Source of the DNA: Sphingomonadales bacterium
GTDB taxonomy: Bacteria > Pseudomonadota > Alphaproteobacteria > Sphingomonadales > Sphingomonadaceae
DNA: 64,000 nucleotides
Reading direction: 5' to 3'
Assembly: GCA_034668505.1 (NCBI GenBank)
Contig: JAXDPD010000003.1
Coordinates: 5,441-69,440, forward strand
The position numbers and the translations under genes are program-made. Of this stretch, positions 30,601-38,742 are shown piece by piece. Below the pieces are notes generated by a model. The model did no database searches. It was not told the origin of the DNA and was given only the letters and a program-made list of their open reading frames with translations. Position 1 is the stretch's first letter. The number at the start of each line of letters is the position of its first letter.

Positions 30601-31591
30601 TAACGGTGGCCGTATTGTCTTCGCCCTGGGTGGTGAAGGCGCCGCTCTTCAGGATGAAGGAGACCTCGCGCAGCAGCAAGGAGGGATTGAAGCCGTTGGT
30701 ATTGGCGTAGGTGACCGCGCCAATGATCTGCGCCACCGCGGCTGGGGTCGCCACATTGTTGAAACGGATGACGAGGTCGGAGCCGACATTCACCGGCTCG
30801 ACGGTACCGACGGTCGTCCCGTTGACGAAGACGAAGCCCGCGGCCATCGACACGCCGCTGCCTGCCGCGAGGCCGAACAGGTCCTCGCCCAGGGTCCGAT
30901 TCTGGGTCATCCGGACAACCAGCGAGCCGGTGTTGAAGTTGACATTGTCGATATCGGTCACCGCGGCGGCGATGCCCTGGTCGAGCCGAACCGCGCCGCC
31001 GGCCGCGACCGCCGCCGCCTGATCGCCGGCGAGATTGGCGATGACGGGCGCATCGTCGGTGGCGAACAGGACGACGTTGGTATTGGCCTGCACCGAGCCG
31101 CCGCTGCCGTCGCTGACCTCGAAGGTGAGAGACCGGCTGTCCGAGAAGGGGCCGTTCTGCTCGACGCTTTCCAGGCCCACCGCCCGGATAAGGGCCTGAA
31201 CCGCGCCGGGAGTGGCGTTCGCATTGAACGAGATTGTGAGGCTGCCGCCGCCAAAGCCGCCGCCGCTCAGCGTCCCGATCGTCATGCCCTGATAGGAGAC
31301 GTCGCCGCCGCTCACCGAAATATCCGGCCCGGTGACGACCAGCCCGATCCGGTCGGTCGCTTTCGGGCTCGCGAGCGTCACGACCAGCGCGCCGCCCCCC
31401 AGGCTGGGCGAGTCCGAATCGCCGAATTGGGCGGTGGAAGCGGCCAGGCTGAGGCCCCTGTCTTCCACGACCGGAAAGCCGAAGCCGAGTGTCAGCGTCG
31501 GGGCGATCCCCGCGCTGATCACGACGCCCGCCAGATTGTCCGATTCGTCACCGACACGGCGCAAAGCGGCCGTCCTGGACTGCGTCCGCAC
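27641..31591 (-). CDS. Large RTX-type calcium-binding secreted protein (Ig/cadherin-like domains, beta-propeller, ~85-aa repeats, type I secretion signal)
   Basis: GGxGxD nonapeptides; repeated YRVEEAGD...GSEVELLSAIDP...NLTGNEFAN; C-terminal DTIADFVSGTDKILLD...YDADGSG. Start taken at GTG 31591 after GGGGGA. Confidence 0.88.
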   Translation of the reverse strand: MRTQSRTAALRRVGDESDNLAGVVISAGIAPTLTLGFGFPVVEDRGLSLAASTAQFGDSDSPSLGGGALVVTLASPKATDRIGLVVTGPDISVSGGDVSYQGMTIGTLSGGGFGGGSLTISFNANATPGAVQALIRAVGLESVEQNGPFSDSRSLTFEVSDGSGGSVQANTNVVLFATDDAPVIANLAGDQAAAVAAGGAVRLDQGIAAAVTDIDNVNFNTGSLVVRMTQNRTLGEDLFGLAAGSGVSMAAGFVFVNGTTVGTVEPVNVGSDLVIRFNNVATPAAVAQIIGAVTYANTNGFNPSLLLREVSFILKSGAFTTQGEDNTATVTTQISVTAPSGPPPPPPPPPEGPRSITVASPSPNDSVLSGDGLRLYTASSDGFVRIYSAETGALIQTIDVGDELGALDVSLDGRWLAVTERHIVSTSPPGTPINDIVTVIAMHRVDLVTGAVTTHTYEVHGSTATFGDLSYLSNGKVLLAAEIMALFDPATGAFTSLNVPGAGALQRSAEGDRVLIGSTSTMPGSIYDQVLGSLYRDTSGLFPALEIAYSGETGLTAISTHGGGILIYDAELHLKTQLTQYNPQWAASIHGLAFDETGASLFALEIGQNVIVQLSTADWSIVNTIPLLFDLTGARDLQIGPDLRYFTFLGDNGLMRINNPLVADAVQGTLAADNLTGTGANDFLIGDTGADTMTGGAGNDIYYVDQDGDVVVEAVGGGSDVVRASASYALGAGAEVERLEAASRYGTQALNLTGNEFANHLRGNSGVNVLIGGGGADTLSGGKSSDFYRVEEAGDIVVEAVGEGSDAVYAVTSYALSAGSEVELLSAIDPGSTVGMNLTGNEFANLVIGTAGSNTMIGGGGADTLIGGAGNDVYRVEEAGDVVVENANGGFDAIYAVGSYTLAAGSEIELLSAIAPAVAAAMNLTGNEYANLIIGNAAGNTLIGGGGADTLIGGAGNDFYRVEEAGDIVIEGSGGGFDSVYAVGSYALAAGSEVELLSAIDPASTAGMNLTGNEYANLIYGNAAANTLIGGGGADVLIGGAGGDFYRVEEAGDVVVEAVGGGADSVYAVGSYTLAAGSEVELLSAIDPGATTAMDLTGNEFANSIYGNAGSNTLIGGGGADTLLGGGGNDYYRVEEAGDAVVEAVGGGTDAVYAVASYTLAAGTEVEILSAIDPGSTGGMNLTGNEYGNFIYGTAGANTLSGGLGHDALWGFGGADNFLFNTTPSGSNWDTIADFVSGTDKILLDHNVFVGIGPLGALGSGAFSDSGANTPEARILYAPGLGWLSYDADGSGPGAAVLFASLMPGDAVTQLDFVVV

Positions 31592-31769
31592 GATTTTTCC
31601 CCCGGTTCCCTGCTGCTGGCTCGCACATCGCGCGGAGGTTTCCAAGTATTATTCGGTTAGGCCGCGAAACGAATAATCAGTCCTGTCAAGGTGTTGCCGA
31701 AACGGGGCAACAACAACCTTGCCAAATTGCCCAGCCTATAGTCCACCATGCCGACAAGGCGGCGGAGCG

Positions 31770-31787
31770 CCGTCATGAGAGCGTCAC
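31770..31787 (+). promoter_or_regulatory. Candidate PHO box
   Basis: CCGTCAT-GAGA-GCGTCAC: GTCAT/GTCAC direct repeat with 11-bp period, about 40 bp upstream of the TBDR-phoD pair. Confidence 0.4.
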
Positions 31788-31828
31788 CGGATAGGAAGAT
31801 GACGCCCGCAAGGGGAGGGAAACCATCA

Positions 31829-34381
31829 ATGAACCGCGCCGTCATGCTGACCGCCGCCAGCAGCCTCGCGCTGCTCGCCCCGCAACCGGCCTTCGCCCAG
31901 GACGCGCCGCCCGCCGCGGCGGCGCCGGCGCCGGCCGAGGACGACAATGAGATCGTCGTCACCGCCCAGTTGCGCAGCCAGCGGATCAGCGAGGTGCCGA
32001 TGGCGCTCACCGCCTATAGCGGCGAATTCCTCGACGATCTCGGCCTCAACGATTTCGAGGATGTGTCGCGCTTCGTGCCCGGCTTCGAGGTGCAGAACCA
32101 GTCGCCCAACAATCCCGGCTTCGTGATGCGCGGCATCACCTCGGACAGCGGCACCGCGTTCAACGAGGCGCGGGTCTCGGTCTATCAGGACGGCGTCTCG
32201 ATCTCGCGGTCGCGCGGCTCCTATGTCGAATTGTTCGATGTCGAGCGGATCGAGATCGCGCGCGGGCCGCAATCGACCCTTTACGGGCGCGGCGCCCTGA
32301 TCGGTGCGGTCAACATCATCCAGAACCGCGCCGACCCGCGCGCCTTTTCGGGCTTCTTCGAGGCCGGCTACGGCAATCTCGATTATTGGTCGCTCGAAGG
32401 CATGCTGAACGTGCCGCTGGGCGAGAATGCCGCCTTCCGTGTCTCCGGGCGCTACCGCAACCGCGATGGCTTCATCCCCAATCTGCTCGGCGGCGAGGAT
32501 TTCAACTCGGTCGACACCGGCGCGATCCGCGGCACCATCCATATCGCGCCGTCCGAGCGGATCAGCATCGACGTCTTCGGCAATTACCAGGAGGATCATC
32601 CGGCCGGGACCTCGTTCAAGTCGCTGGGCTTCCGGCCGACCGACCCGGTGACCGGTGCCGTGCTCGGCACCAGCGATCCCTGGACCGGCGCGGCTTTGGC
32701 GCCGGGCGCGGGCTTCGAGGGCGGCCGGCCCCTGGGCCTCGACCGCGAGGTCTGGGGCGTCACCGGCCTCGTCCGCATCGCTTTCTCCGACAGCTTCACG
32801 CTCAATTCGATCACCGCCTATCGCGACTTCGAAAGCCTCGAAGTGTTCGACGCGGACGGCATCTCGCTGCCCGCCCTGACCGCGGCGGAGGGCGCCCAGG
32901 GCCAGCAGTTCAGCCAGGAATTGCGGCTGACCTACGACAATGAGGGGCCGATCACCGCTTTCCTCGGCGTCGCCTATTTCAACGAGGAGGGCTCGCAGCG
33001 CACGCCCGCCCAGTTCGACGAGCGGGTGCTGCTGGCGCGGCTCGCCGGCGCGCTCAACGGCGGCGGCCTGATCCCGGGCCGGCCGGCGACGGATCCGGCG
33101 CCGGGCGCGATCTTCGGCAACACCGCTTTCACCGGCGCGCTGCTGCAGGGCGTCGCCGCCTCGCGCGGCTATGTGCTGGCGCCGGGGCTCGCCCAGGCGA
33201 TCGCGGCGAACCTCAAGCCCGGCCATCTCGAGACCGCGACCAACTTCGCCGAGACCGAGGCGTTCGACATCTTCGCCGATCTGACCTGGCACGTCTCCGA
33301 GCAGTTCGAGATCGGCATCGGCGCGCGCTACAGCCATGACGACAAGACTTCCTCGATCAGCTCGGCGGTGCTCAACGGCCGCTCGATCCTCGGCGGCTTC
33401 ATCGGCGCGCTCTCGCAGCCCGAGCCGATCCGCACCGGCCTGATCACCGCTCTGGCGGCGCCCGGCGCGGCGAACATTCCGCCTTCGCCCATGTATCCGG
33501 TGCCGTTGTTCGGCCTCGGCTTCCAGCCGACCAACAACAATGGCGACCTCGTCTCCCAGGATCTGAGCGACGGCGGCTTCACCTGGCGCCTCACCGCGCG
33601 CTACGCGCCGAGCCGCGACAGCTCGATCTACGCGACCTATTCGCGCGGGCGGCGGCCGGAAATCTTGTCGGCGACGACGCCGGCGACGCCGTTCGGCGCG
33701 GCCCGCTTCAACCAGCTCAATGCCGAGACGGTCGACAGCTTCGAGCTCGGCGCGCGCACCTCGACCCTGGGGCGGACCTTGTACCTCGACGCGTCGGTCT
33801 TCTATTATCGCTACGACAATTTCCAGACGACCGAGCAGCAGGGCGTCCTCTTCGTCACCACCAATGCCGGCGAGGCGACCGCCTACGGCTTCGAGGCGCA
33901 GATGCGCTGGCGCGCCCATCGCAACGCCACCATCTTCGCCACCTACGCCTTCAACCACAGCCGCTTCGACACCGGCGTGCGCGACGGCAACCGCTTCCGC
34001 CTGTCGCCCGATCACAGCTTCTCTTTGGGCGGCCAGTTCGGCGTCGACATCGGCCCCGGCCGGCTCGCCTTCACGCCGAGCGTCACCTATCAGTCGCGCG
34101 TCTTTTTCGACGACGACAACGACCGGACCGCCTTGCAGCAGCCGCCCAACGCGCTCGTCCCCGACAATTTCCAGGACGAAGTGCAGGGCGGCTACGTGCT
34201 CGCCAATGCGCGGCTCGGCTATACGTTCAACGACAGGTTCACGATCGAAGCCTTCGTCAACAACATCTTCGACGAGGAATATATCAAGGACGCGGGCAAT
34301 ACCGGCGACGCGGTCGGCTTCCCGACCTTCATCTCGGGCGAGCCCAGGCTCTACGGCGTGCAGGCAAGCGTGCGCTTCTGA
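31829..34381 (+). CDS. TonB-dependent receptor
   Basis: Signal peptide, TonB box EIVVTAQ, plug (DVERIEIARGPQSTLYG), C-terminal YGVQASVRF. Confidence 0.95.
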   Translation: MNRAVMLTAASSLALLAPQPAFAQDAPPAAAAPAPAEDDNEIVVTAQLRSQRISEVPMALTAYSGEFLDDLGLNDFEDVSRFVPGFEVQNQSPNNPGFVMRGITSDSGTAFNEARVSVYQDGVSISRSRGSYVELFDVERIEIARGPQSTLYGRGALIGAVNIIQNRADPRAFSGFFEAGYGNLDYWSLEGMLNVPLGENAAFRVSGRYRNRDGFIPNLLGGEDFNSVDTGAIRGTIHIAPSERISIDVFGNYQEDHPAGTSFKSLGFRPTDPVTGAVLGTSDPWTGAALAPGAGFEGGRPLGLDREVWGVTGLVRIAFSDSFTLNSITAYRDFESLEVFDADGISLPALTAAEGAQGQQFSQELRLTYDNEGPITAFLGVAYFNEEGSQRTPAQFDERVLLARLAGALNGGGLIPGRPATDPAPGAIFGNTAFTGALLQGVAASRGYVLAPGLAQAIAANLKPGHLETATNFAETEAFDIFADLTWHVSEQFEIGIGARYSHDDKTSSISSAVLNGRSILGGFIGALSQPEPIRTGLITALAAPGAANIPPSPMYPVPLFGLGFQPTNNNGDLVSQDLSDGGFTWRLTARYAPSRDSSIYATYSRGRRPEILSATTPATPFGAARFNQLNAETVDSFELGARTSTLGRTLYLDASVFYYRYDNFQTTEQQGVLFVTTNAGEATAYGFEAQMRWRAHRNATIFATYAFNHSRFDTGVRDGNRFRLSPDHSFSLGGQFGVDIGPGRLAFTPSVTYQSRVFFDDDNDRTALQQPPNALVPDNFQDEVQGGYVLANARLGYTFNDRFTIEAFVNNIFDEEYIKDAGNTGDAVGFPTFISGEPRLYGVQASVRF

Positions 34382-34391
34382 CTCTTCGAAT

Positions 34392-34457
34392 GGGGACAGT
34401 TACTCGTAACTGTCCCCGCAAGGCGCCGAATGGGGACAGTTACAAGTAACTGTCCCC
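34392..34457. repeat. Two tandem copies of the perfect palindrome GGGGACAGTTAC-NN-GTAACTGTCCCC (family D)
   Basis: Copies at 34392-34417 and 34432-34457, 40-bp period, each preceded by CGAAT. Confidence 0.92.
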
Positions 34458-34468
34458 CGGAGAATGGC

Positions 34469-36094
34469 ATGACCATGGAGATGGACCGCCGTTTGCTGCT
34501 GAAGGCGGGCGCGCTCGGGCTCGGCGCGCTGGCGGTGCCGGGGGCGGCGCAGTTGATCGGTGGGCGCGGCTTTACGCACGGGATCGCGAGCGGCGAGCCG
34601 CGCCAGCGCTCGGTGATGCTGTGGACGCGCTACGTGCCCGTTGCCGGCGGTTCGGGGCGGCTGAGCTGGCAGGTGTCGCGCTCCGCCGATTTCGCGCGGA
34701 TCGCCGCCCAGGGCAGCGCCGCCGCCGAGGAGGAGCACGATCATTGCGTCAAGCCGGTCGCTTCGGGCCTCGCGCCCGGGCGCTGGTATTATTACCGCTT
34801 CCGCGACGCCGCCGGCGCCTGGTCCCCGGTCGGGCGGACGCGGACCCTGCCCGAAGGGCCGACCGAGCGCTTCCGGATCGGCATCTTCTCCTGCGCCAAT
34901 ATGGGCTTTGGCTGGTTCAACGCCTACGCCCACGCCGCCGCCCGGCGCGACATCGATCTGATGCTCCATCTGGGCGATTATTATTACGAGTTCGAGCAGG
35001 GCCGCTATCCCGCCGATGCCGAGCGCGTCGCCGGCCGCGACATCGATCCCCTGACCGAGGCGGCGACCTTGGCCGGCTACCGCCTGCGCCACGCCGCCTA
35101 TCGCCGCGACCCCGACCTCCAGCTGCTGCACCGGCTGTTCCCGATGGTGATGATGTGGGACGACCATGAAAGCGCCAATGACAGCTGGCATGGCGGCGCC
35201 GTCAACCACCAGCCCGAGACCGAAGGGCCGTGGGCGGTGCGCAAGGCGGCGGCGAAGCGCGCTTACCGCGAATGGCTGCCGGTCTCGGAGCAGGATTGGG
35301 ACAGCTATGAGATTGGCGATCTTGCCACCCTGTTCCGCCCGGAGACGCGGCTGACGGCGCGCTCCGAGCCGTTGAGCCTGGGGGCGGTGCTCGGCCGGGG
35401 CGGCGACCCGGCGGCGGCGCTCGCCGCCTTCCGCGACGGGCCCTGGCGCGATCCGGCCCGCACCATGCTTGGCCCGGCGCAGGAGGCCTGGCTGGCCGGC
35501 GGCCTTCGCCGGTCCGCCGCGGCCGGCACCAAGTGGCAGCTGCTCGGCCAGCAGGTGATCATGGGCTCGGCCCGGCTGGCGCCGGAGGTGGCCGGGATGA
35601 TGACGCCGGCCGCGTCCGAACGGGTGCGGCGCGAAGTGGCGGCGGGGCTGGCCGCCGCGCGCGCGGGCCTGCCGTTCAACCTCGACCGGTGGGACGGCTT
35701 TCCGGCCGCGCGCGACAGGCTGCTGCGCTCGAGCCTGGACGCGAACGCCAATCTCGTCGTGCTCTCGGGCGACAGCCACAATGCCTGGGGCTTCGATCTC
35801 GCCTTAAGCGGTGCCGCGGCGGGGGTCGAGTTCGCCGGCCAGAGCGTCACCTCGCCCGGCTACGAGACCTACATGCCCTGGGTCGAGCCGGCCGCGCTCG
35901 CCCGGGTCAGCGTCGCCTTCAACCCCCAGCTCAAATGGATGGAGGCGAGCCGGCGCGGCTATATGATTCTCGACCTGACGCCCGCGCGCGCGACCGGCGA
36001 ATGGCTGTTCCTCGACACGGTGCGCCAACGCTCCACCGCGATTGCGGGGCGGCACGGCATGACCACCGCGCGCGGCACCAACCGGTTCGGCTAG
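34469..36094 (+). CDS. phoD: PhoD-type alkaline phosphatase (Tat-exported)
   Basis: MDRRLLLK twin-arginine signal, FTHGIASGEP, LHLGDYYYE, WDDHESAND, LSGDSHNAW. Confidence 0.93.
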   Translation: MTMEMDRRLLLKAGALGLGALAVPGAAQLIGGRGFTHGIASGEPRQRSVMLWTRYVPVAGGSGRLSWQVSRSADFARIAAQGSAAAEEEHDHCVKPVASGLAPGRWYYYRFRDAAGAWSPVGRTRTLPEGPTERFRIGIFSCANMGFGWFNAYAHAAARRDIDLMLHLGDYYYEFEQGRYPADAERVAGRDIDPLTEAATLAGYRLRHAAYRRDPDLQLLHRLFPMVMMWDDHESANDSWHGGAVNHQPETEGPWAVRKAAAKRAYREWLPVSEQDWDSYEIGDLATLFRPETRLTARSEPLSLGAVLGRGGDPAAALAAFRDGPWRDPARTMLGPAQEAWLAGGLRRSAAAGTKWQLLGQQVIMGSARLAPEVAGMMTPAASERVRREVAAGLAAARAGLPFNLDRWDGFPAARDRLLRSSLDANANLVVLSGDSHNAWGFDLALSGAAAGVEFAGQSVTSPGYETYMPWVEPAALARVSVAFNPQLKWMEASRRGYMILDLTPARATGEWLFLDTVRQRSTAIAGRHGMTTARGTNRFG

Positions 36095-36126
36095 GCAGAG
36101 TCCGCGCGACGCGATAGTCTGCGCGG

Positions 36127-36480
36127 ATGCAGATATTCCTCCTCGCCGCCGCGCTAGCGTTTTCCGCCCAACCCGAGCCCGAAGGCGACGGCATCGGCGG
36201 CCGCGAGCTCCCCGAAAGCTCGGCCAATCTCGATTTCATCATCGTCAACAAGACCGGCCAGACGATCACCGCGCTCAACATCTCGCCGCGCGGCGAGGAA
36301 AGCTGGACCGGCAATCTGCTCCATCATCGGGACGTGCCGCCCGACGAGCGTGCCGCCGCCTCCTTCACGCGCGACGTCGAGCTCTGCCGCTGGGACGTCC
36401 GCGTCACCTACGAGAGCGGGCGGCGCCAGTCCTGGCCCGCCGTCAACCTGTGCGACACGGTGCGCGTGGAGCTGCGCTGA
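36127..36480 (+). CDS. Small secreted hypothetical protein (DFxxVNxTG...W motif family)
   Basis: Signal peptide; LDFIIVNKTGQTITALNISP...WTGNLL; Cys pair. Confidence 0.7.
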   Translation: MQIFLLAAALAFSAQPEPEGDGIGGRELPESSANLDFIIVNKTGQTITALNISPRGEESWTGNLLHHRDVPPDERAAASFTRDVELCRWDVRVTYESGRRQSWPAVNLCDTVRVELR

Positions 36481-36487
36481 GCGGATC

Positions 36488-37975
36488 CTAGAGGACGAAA
36501 AAATCGGTCGCGACGATTGCCGGCATGGTCTGCAGCGTCAGGAACTGGACCGCGGCGGCGGCGGTGCCGTTGCCGTCGGCATCGAAATAGACCGCGCCGG
36601 TGGCCTGATTGTAGAGGATGCGGTCGTCGGCATCCAAGGCCGCGCTGCCGAGGACGAAGGCTCCGGCGGCGAGCAGGCCCTCGGCCATGCCGGTGAATTG
36701 CGCATTGTCGATCACGATGAGGTCGGTCCCGGACACCATGTCCGTGATCACGTCGATATTGCCCGGCCCGAGCGGCGAGATGAAGGCGAAGACATCAGCG
36801 CCGCTGCCGCCGGTCAGCTGGTTGATTCCCGCATTGCCGATCAGCGTCTGGCTGTTGCCATTGCCGGCGAGATTGATCGCTGCGGTCGAGAAGGGATCGA
36901 TCGCCTGCAGGAGCTCGACCGACGCGTTCACCGACAAAGCGTAGCTCACGGTCGCGTAGACCGCGTCGGTGCCGCCGCCTCCCGCCTCGACGACGGAGGT
37001 GCCCGAATTCTCGACCCGGAAGAAATCGTTGCCGCCAAAGCCGTACAAAATGTCGACGCCGCCGCCGCCGATGATGGTGTTGGAGCCCGCGCTGCCGACG
37101 ATGGTCTGGTTGAATTCGTTGCCGGTCAGATCCAGCGTCACCGTCGAATTGACATCGATCGCCCTTATCTCCTCGACGCTGATCCCCGGCCGGACCGCCC
37201 AGCTGCCAACGAGGGCGCCGACGAAGGCCTGGTCGAAGCCGCCATTGGCATATTCCAGGATGACGTCGCCGGATTCCTCGATCCGGTAATCGTCATTGCC
37301 GAGGCCGCCGGCCATGACGTCGTCGCCGCCGCCGCCGATCAAGTGGTCGCCGCCCGTCGAGCCGATGATCGTGTTGGCATATTCGTTGCCGGTCAGGGTG
37401 AACCGCCCCTGCTGCGGCGGCGCGCCGAGCGCCGCCAGCAGCTCGATCTCATAGCCCGCTCGAAGCGTGTAGCTGGTCGTCGCATAGACCGAGTCGAAAC
37501 CGCCGCCGGCATATTCGAGGATTTCGTCGGCGGCCTCCTCGACCCGGTAATAGTCGCGGCCGCCGCCGCCGGCGAGGACGTCCGCGCCGCCGCCGCCGAT
37601 CAGCGTGTTGCTGCCCGCGGTGCCGATCAAGGTATTGGCGAATTCGTTGCCGGTCAGGTCCATGTCGCCGGCCGAATTGGGATCGATCGCCGAGAGCGTT
37701 TCGACCTCGGCGCCGGCGCGCAGCACGTAGCCGGTCACCGCATAAGCGGCGTCGATTCCCTCGCCGACGGCCTCGACGATGATGTCGTCCATCGTCTCGA
37801 CACGGTAATTGTCATTGCCGGTGCCGCCGATCAACGTGTCCGTGCCGCCTTCGCCGATCAACGTGTCGTTGCCGGCGCCGGCGTCGATCGTGTCGTCGTC
37901 CGGCGTGCCGATCAAAGTGTCGTCGCCCGACGTGCCGGGAATGAGGATGGCCTGGGTTCCGCGCTTCTTCAGCAT
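36488..37975 (-). CDS. RTX-type calcium-binding protein consisting almost entirely of repeats
   Basis: GGxGxD motifs, same ~85-aa repeat as 27641-31591, C-terminal type I secretion signal (DVITDMVSGTD...YFDADGNG). Confidence 0.88.
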   Translation of the reverse strand: MLKKRGTQAILIPGTSGDDTLIGTPDDDTIDAGAGNDTLIGEGGTDTLIGGTGNDNYRVETMDDIIVEAVGEGIDAAYAVTGYVLRAGAEVETLSAIDPNSAGDMDLTGNEFANTLIGTAGSNTLIGGGGADVLAGGGGRDYYRVEEAADEILEYAGGGFDSVYATTSYTLRAGYEIELLAALGAPPQQGRFTLTGNEYANTIIGSTGGDHLIGGGGDDVMAGGLGNDDYRIEESGDVILEYANGGFDQAFVGALVGSWAVRPGISVEEIRAIDVNSTVTLDLTGNEFNQTIVGSAGSNTIIGGGGVDILYGFGGNDFFRVENSGTSVVEAGGGGTDAVYATVSYALSVNASVELLQAIDPFSTAAINLAGNGNSQTLIGNAGINQLTGGSGADVFAFISPLGPGNIDVITDMVSGTDLIVIDNAQFTGMAEGLLAAGAFVLGSAALDADDRILYNQATGAVYFDADGNGTAAAAVQFLTLQTMPAIVATDFFVL

Positions 37976-38052
37976 TCACCGTCTCCAACGCGGCCAGGCC
38001 TACCGCATTGAAATGGAAAAAATAACGGAATGTTCCGCCGGCCCGCCCTTCG

Positions 38053-38637
38053 TCAGGCGGCGAGCCTGACCAGGTTGCGGCCGCCCGCTTTGGCTTGGTA
38101 AAGCGCGCCGTCGGCACGGGAGACGAGATGGTCGCAGCCTTCGTCGCCGGCCAGAGGGGCGACGCCGCTCGAAATGGTGACCCGGCCAGACGTGCCGTTT
38201 GGATAATGGAGGATCCGCGTGGCGACCGCGCGGCGCAGCCGCTCGCAGGCGAGCTGCGCCTGATCGATGTCGGTCTCGGGCATGATGATCGCGAATTCCT
38301 CGCCGCCGAAGCGGCCGAGCAGGTCGCCGCCGCGGGTGACCTCGCGCAATTCCTCGGCCACCGCGCGCAGCACGTCGTCGCCGACGGGATGGCCGTGGGT
38401 ATCGTCGATCGCCTTGACGGCGGTTTCGAGGCGGCCGGCGGCCAGCAGCACGTCGAGCGTATGGATCTGCAGCGCGTCGGCCTGCCGCCGCTCCGCCGTC
38501 GCCCGAAAGGCGTTGAGGATGATCGTGCCGAACATCAGGCCGATGGCGAGCAGGGCGCAAAGGCCGATGCGGCGACCCAGCCGCGCTTCGCGCTGGAGTT
38601 GGGGGATATGTTCTTTAAGCCGGACTCTCTTTTCGAG
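38053..38637 (-). pseudogene. Internally deleted CHASE3-GGDEF diguanylate cyclase remnant
   Basis: TM plus start of CHASE3-like helix (HTLDVLLAAGRLETAV) joined in frame to KAIDDTHGHPVGD...RFGGEEF. The GGDEF N-terminal strand (DIDxF) is missing. The upstream TM segment has no canonical start codon. Confidence 0.7.
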
Positions 38638-38742
38638 TCAGCCACTTAGGCTGCCGTGGCGAACAGCCGGTTGGGGACAGCTACCGGGAGTCCCGCAAGA
38701 AAGAGCGTGCAGCTTTCGCCGGAATGGCGATATGGGCGCGCC

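Noticed and set aside
34387-34457. CRISPR-like look of the tandem palindromes
   Set aside because: Only two units, the unique spacer is about 9-14 nt, no cas genes, and single copies occur elsewhere; this fits a REP-type repeat.
34430-34468. ORF-track N-terminal extensions of phoD (MGTVTSNC...) and phaA (MRSEKES..., 55719-55787)
   Set aside because: Both run through palindromic repeats and downstream starts give normal N-termini, so they were not counted as translated insertions, unlike gspG.
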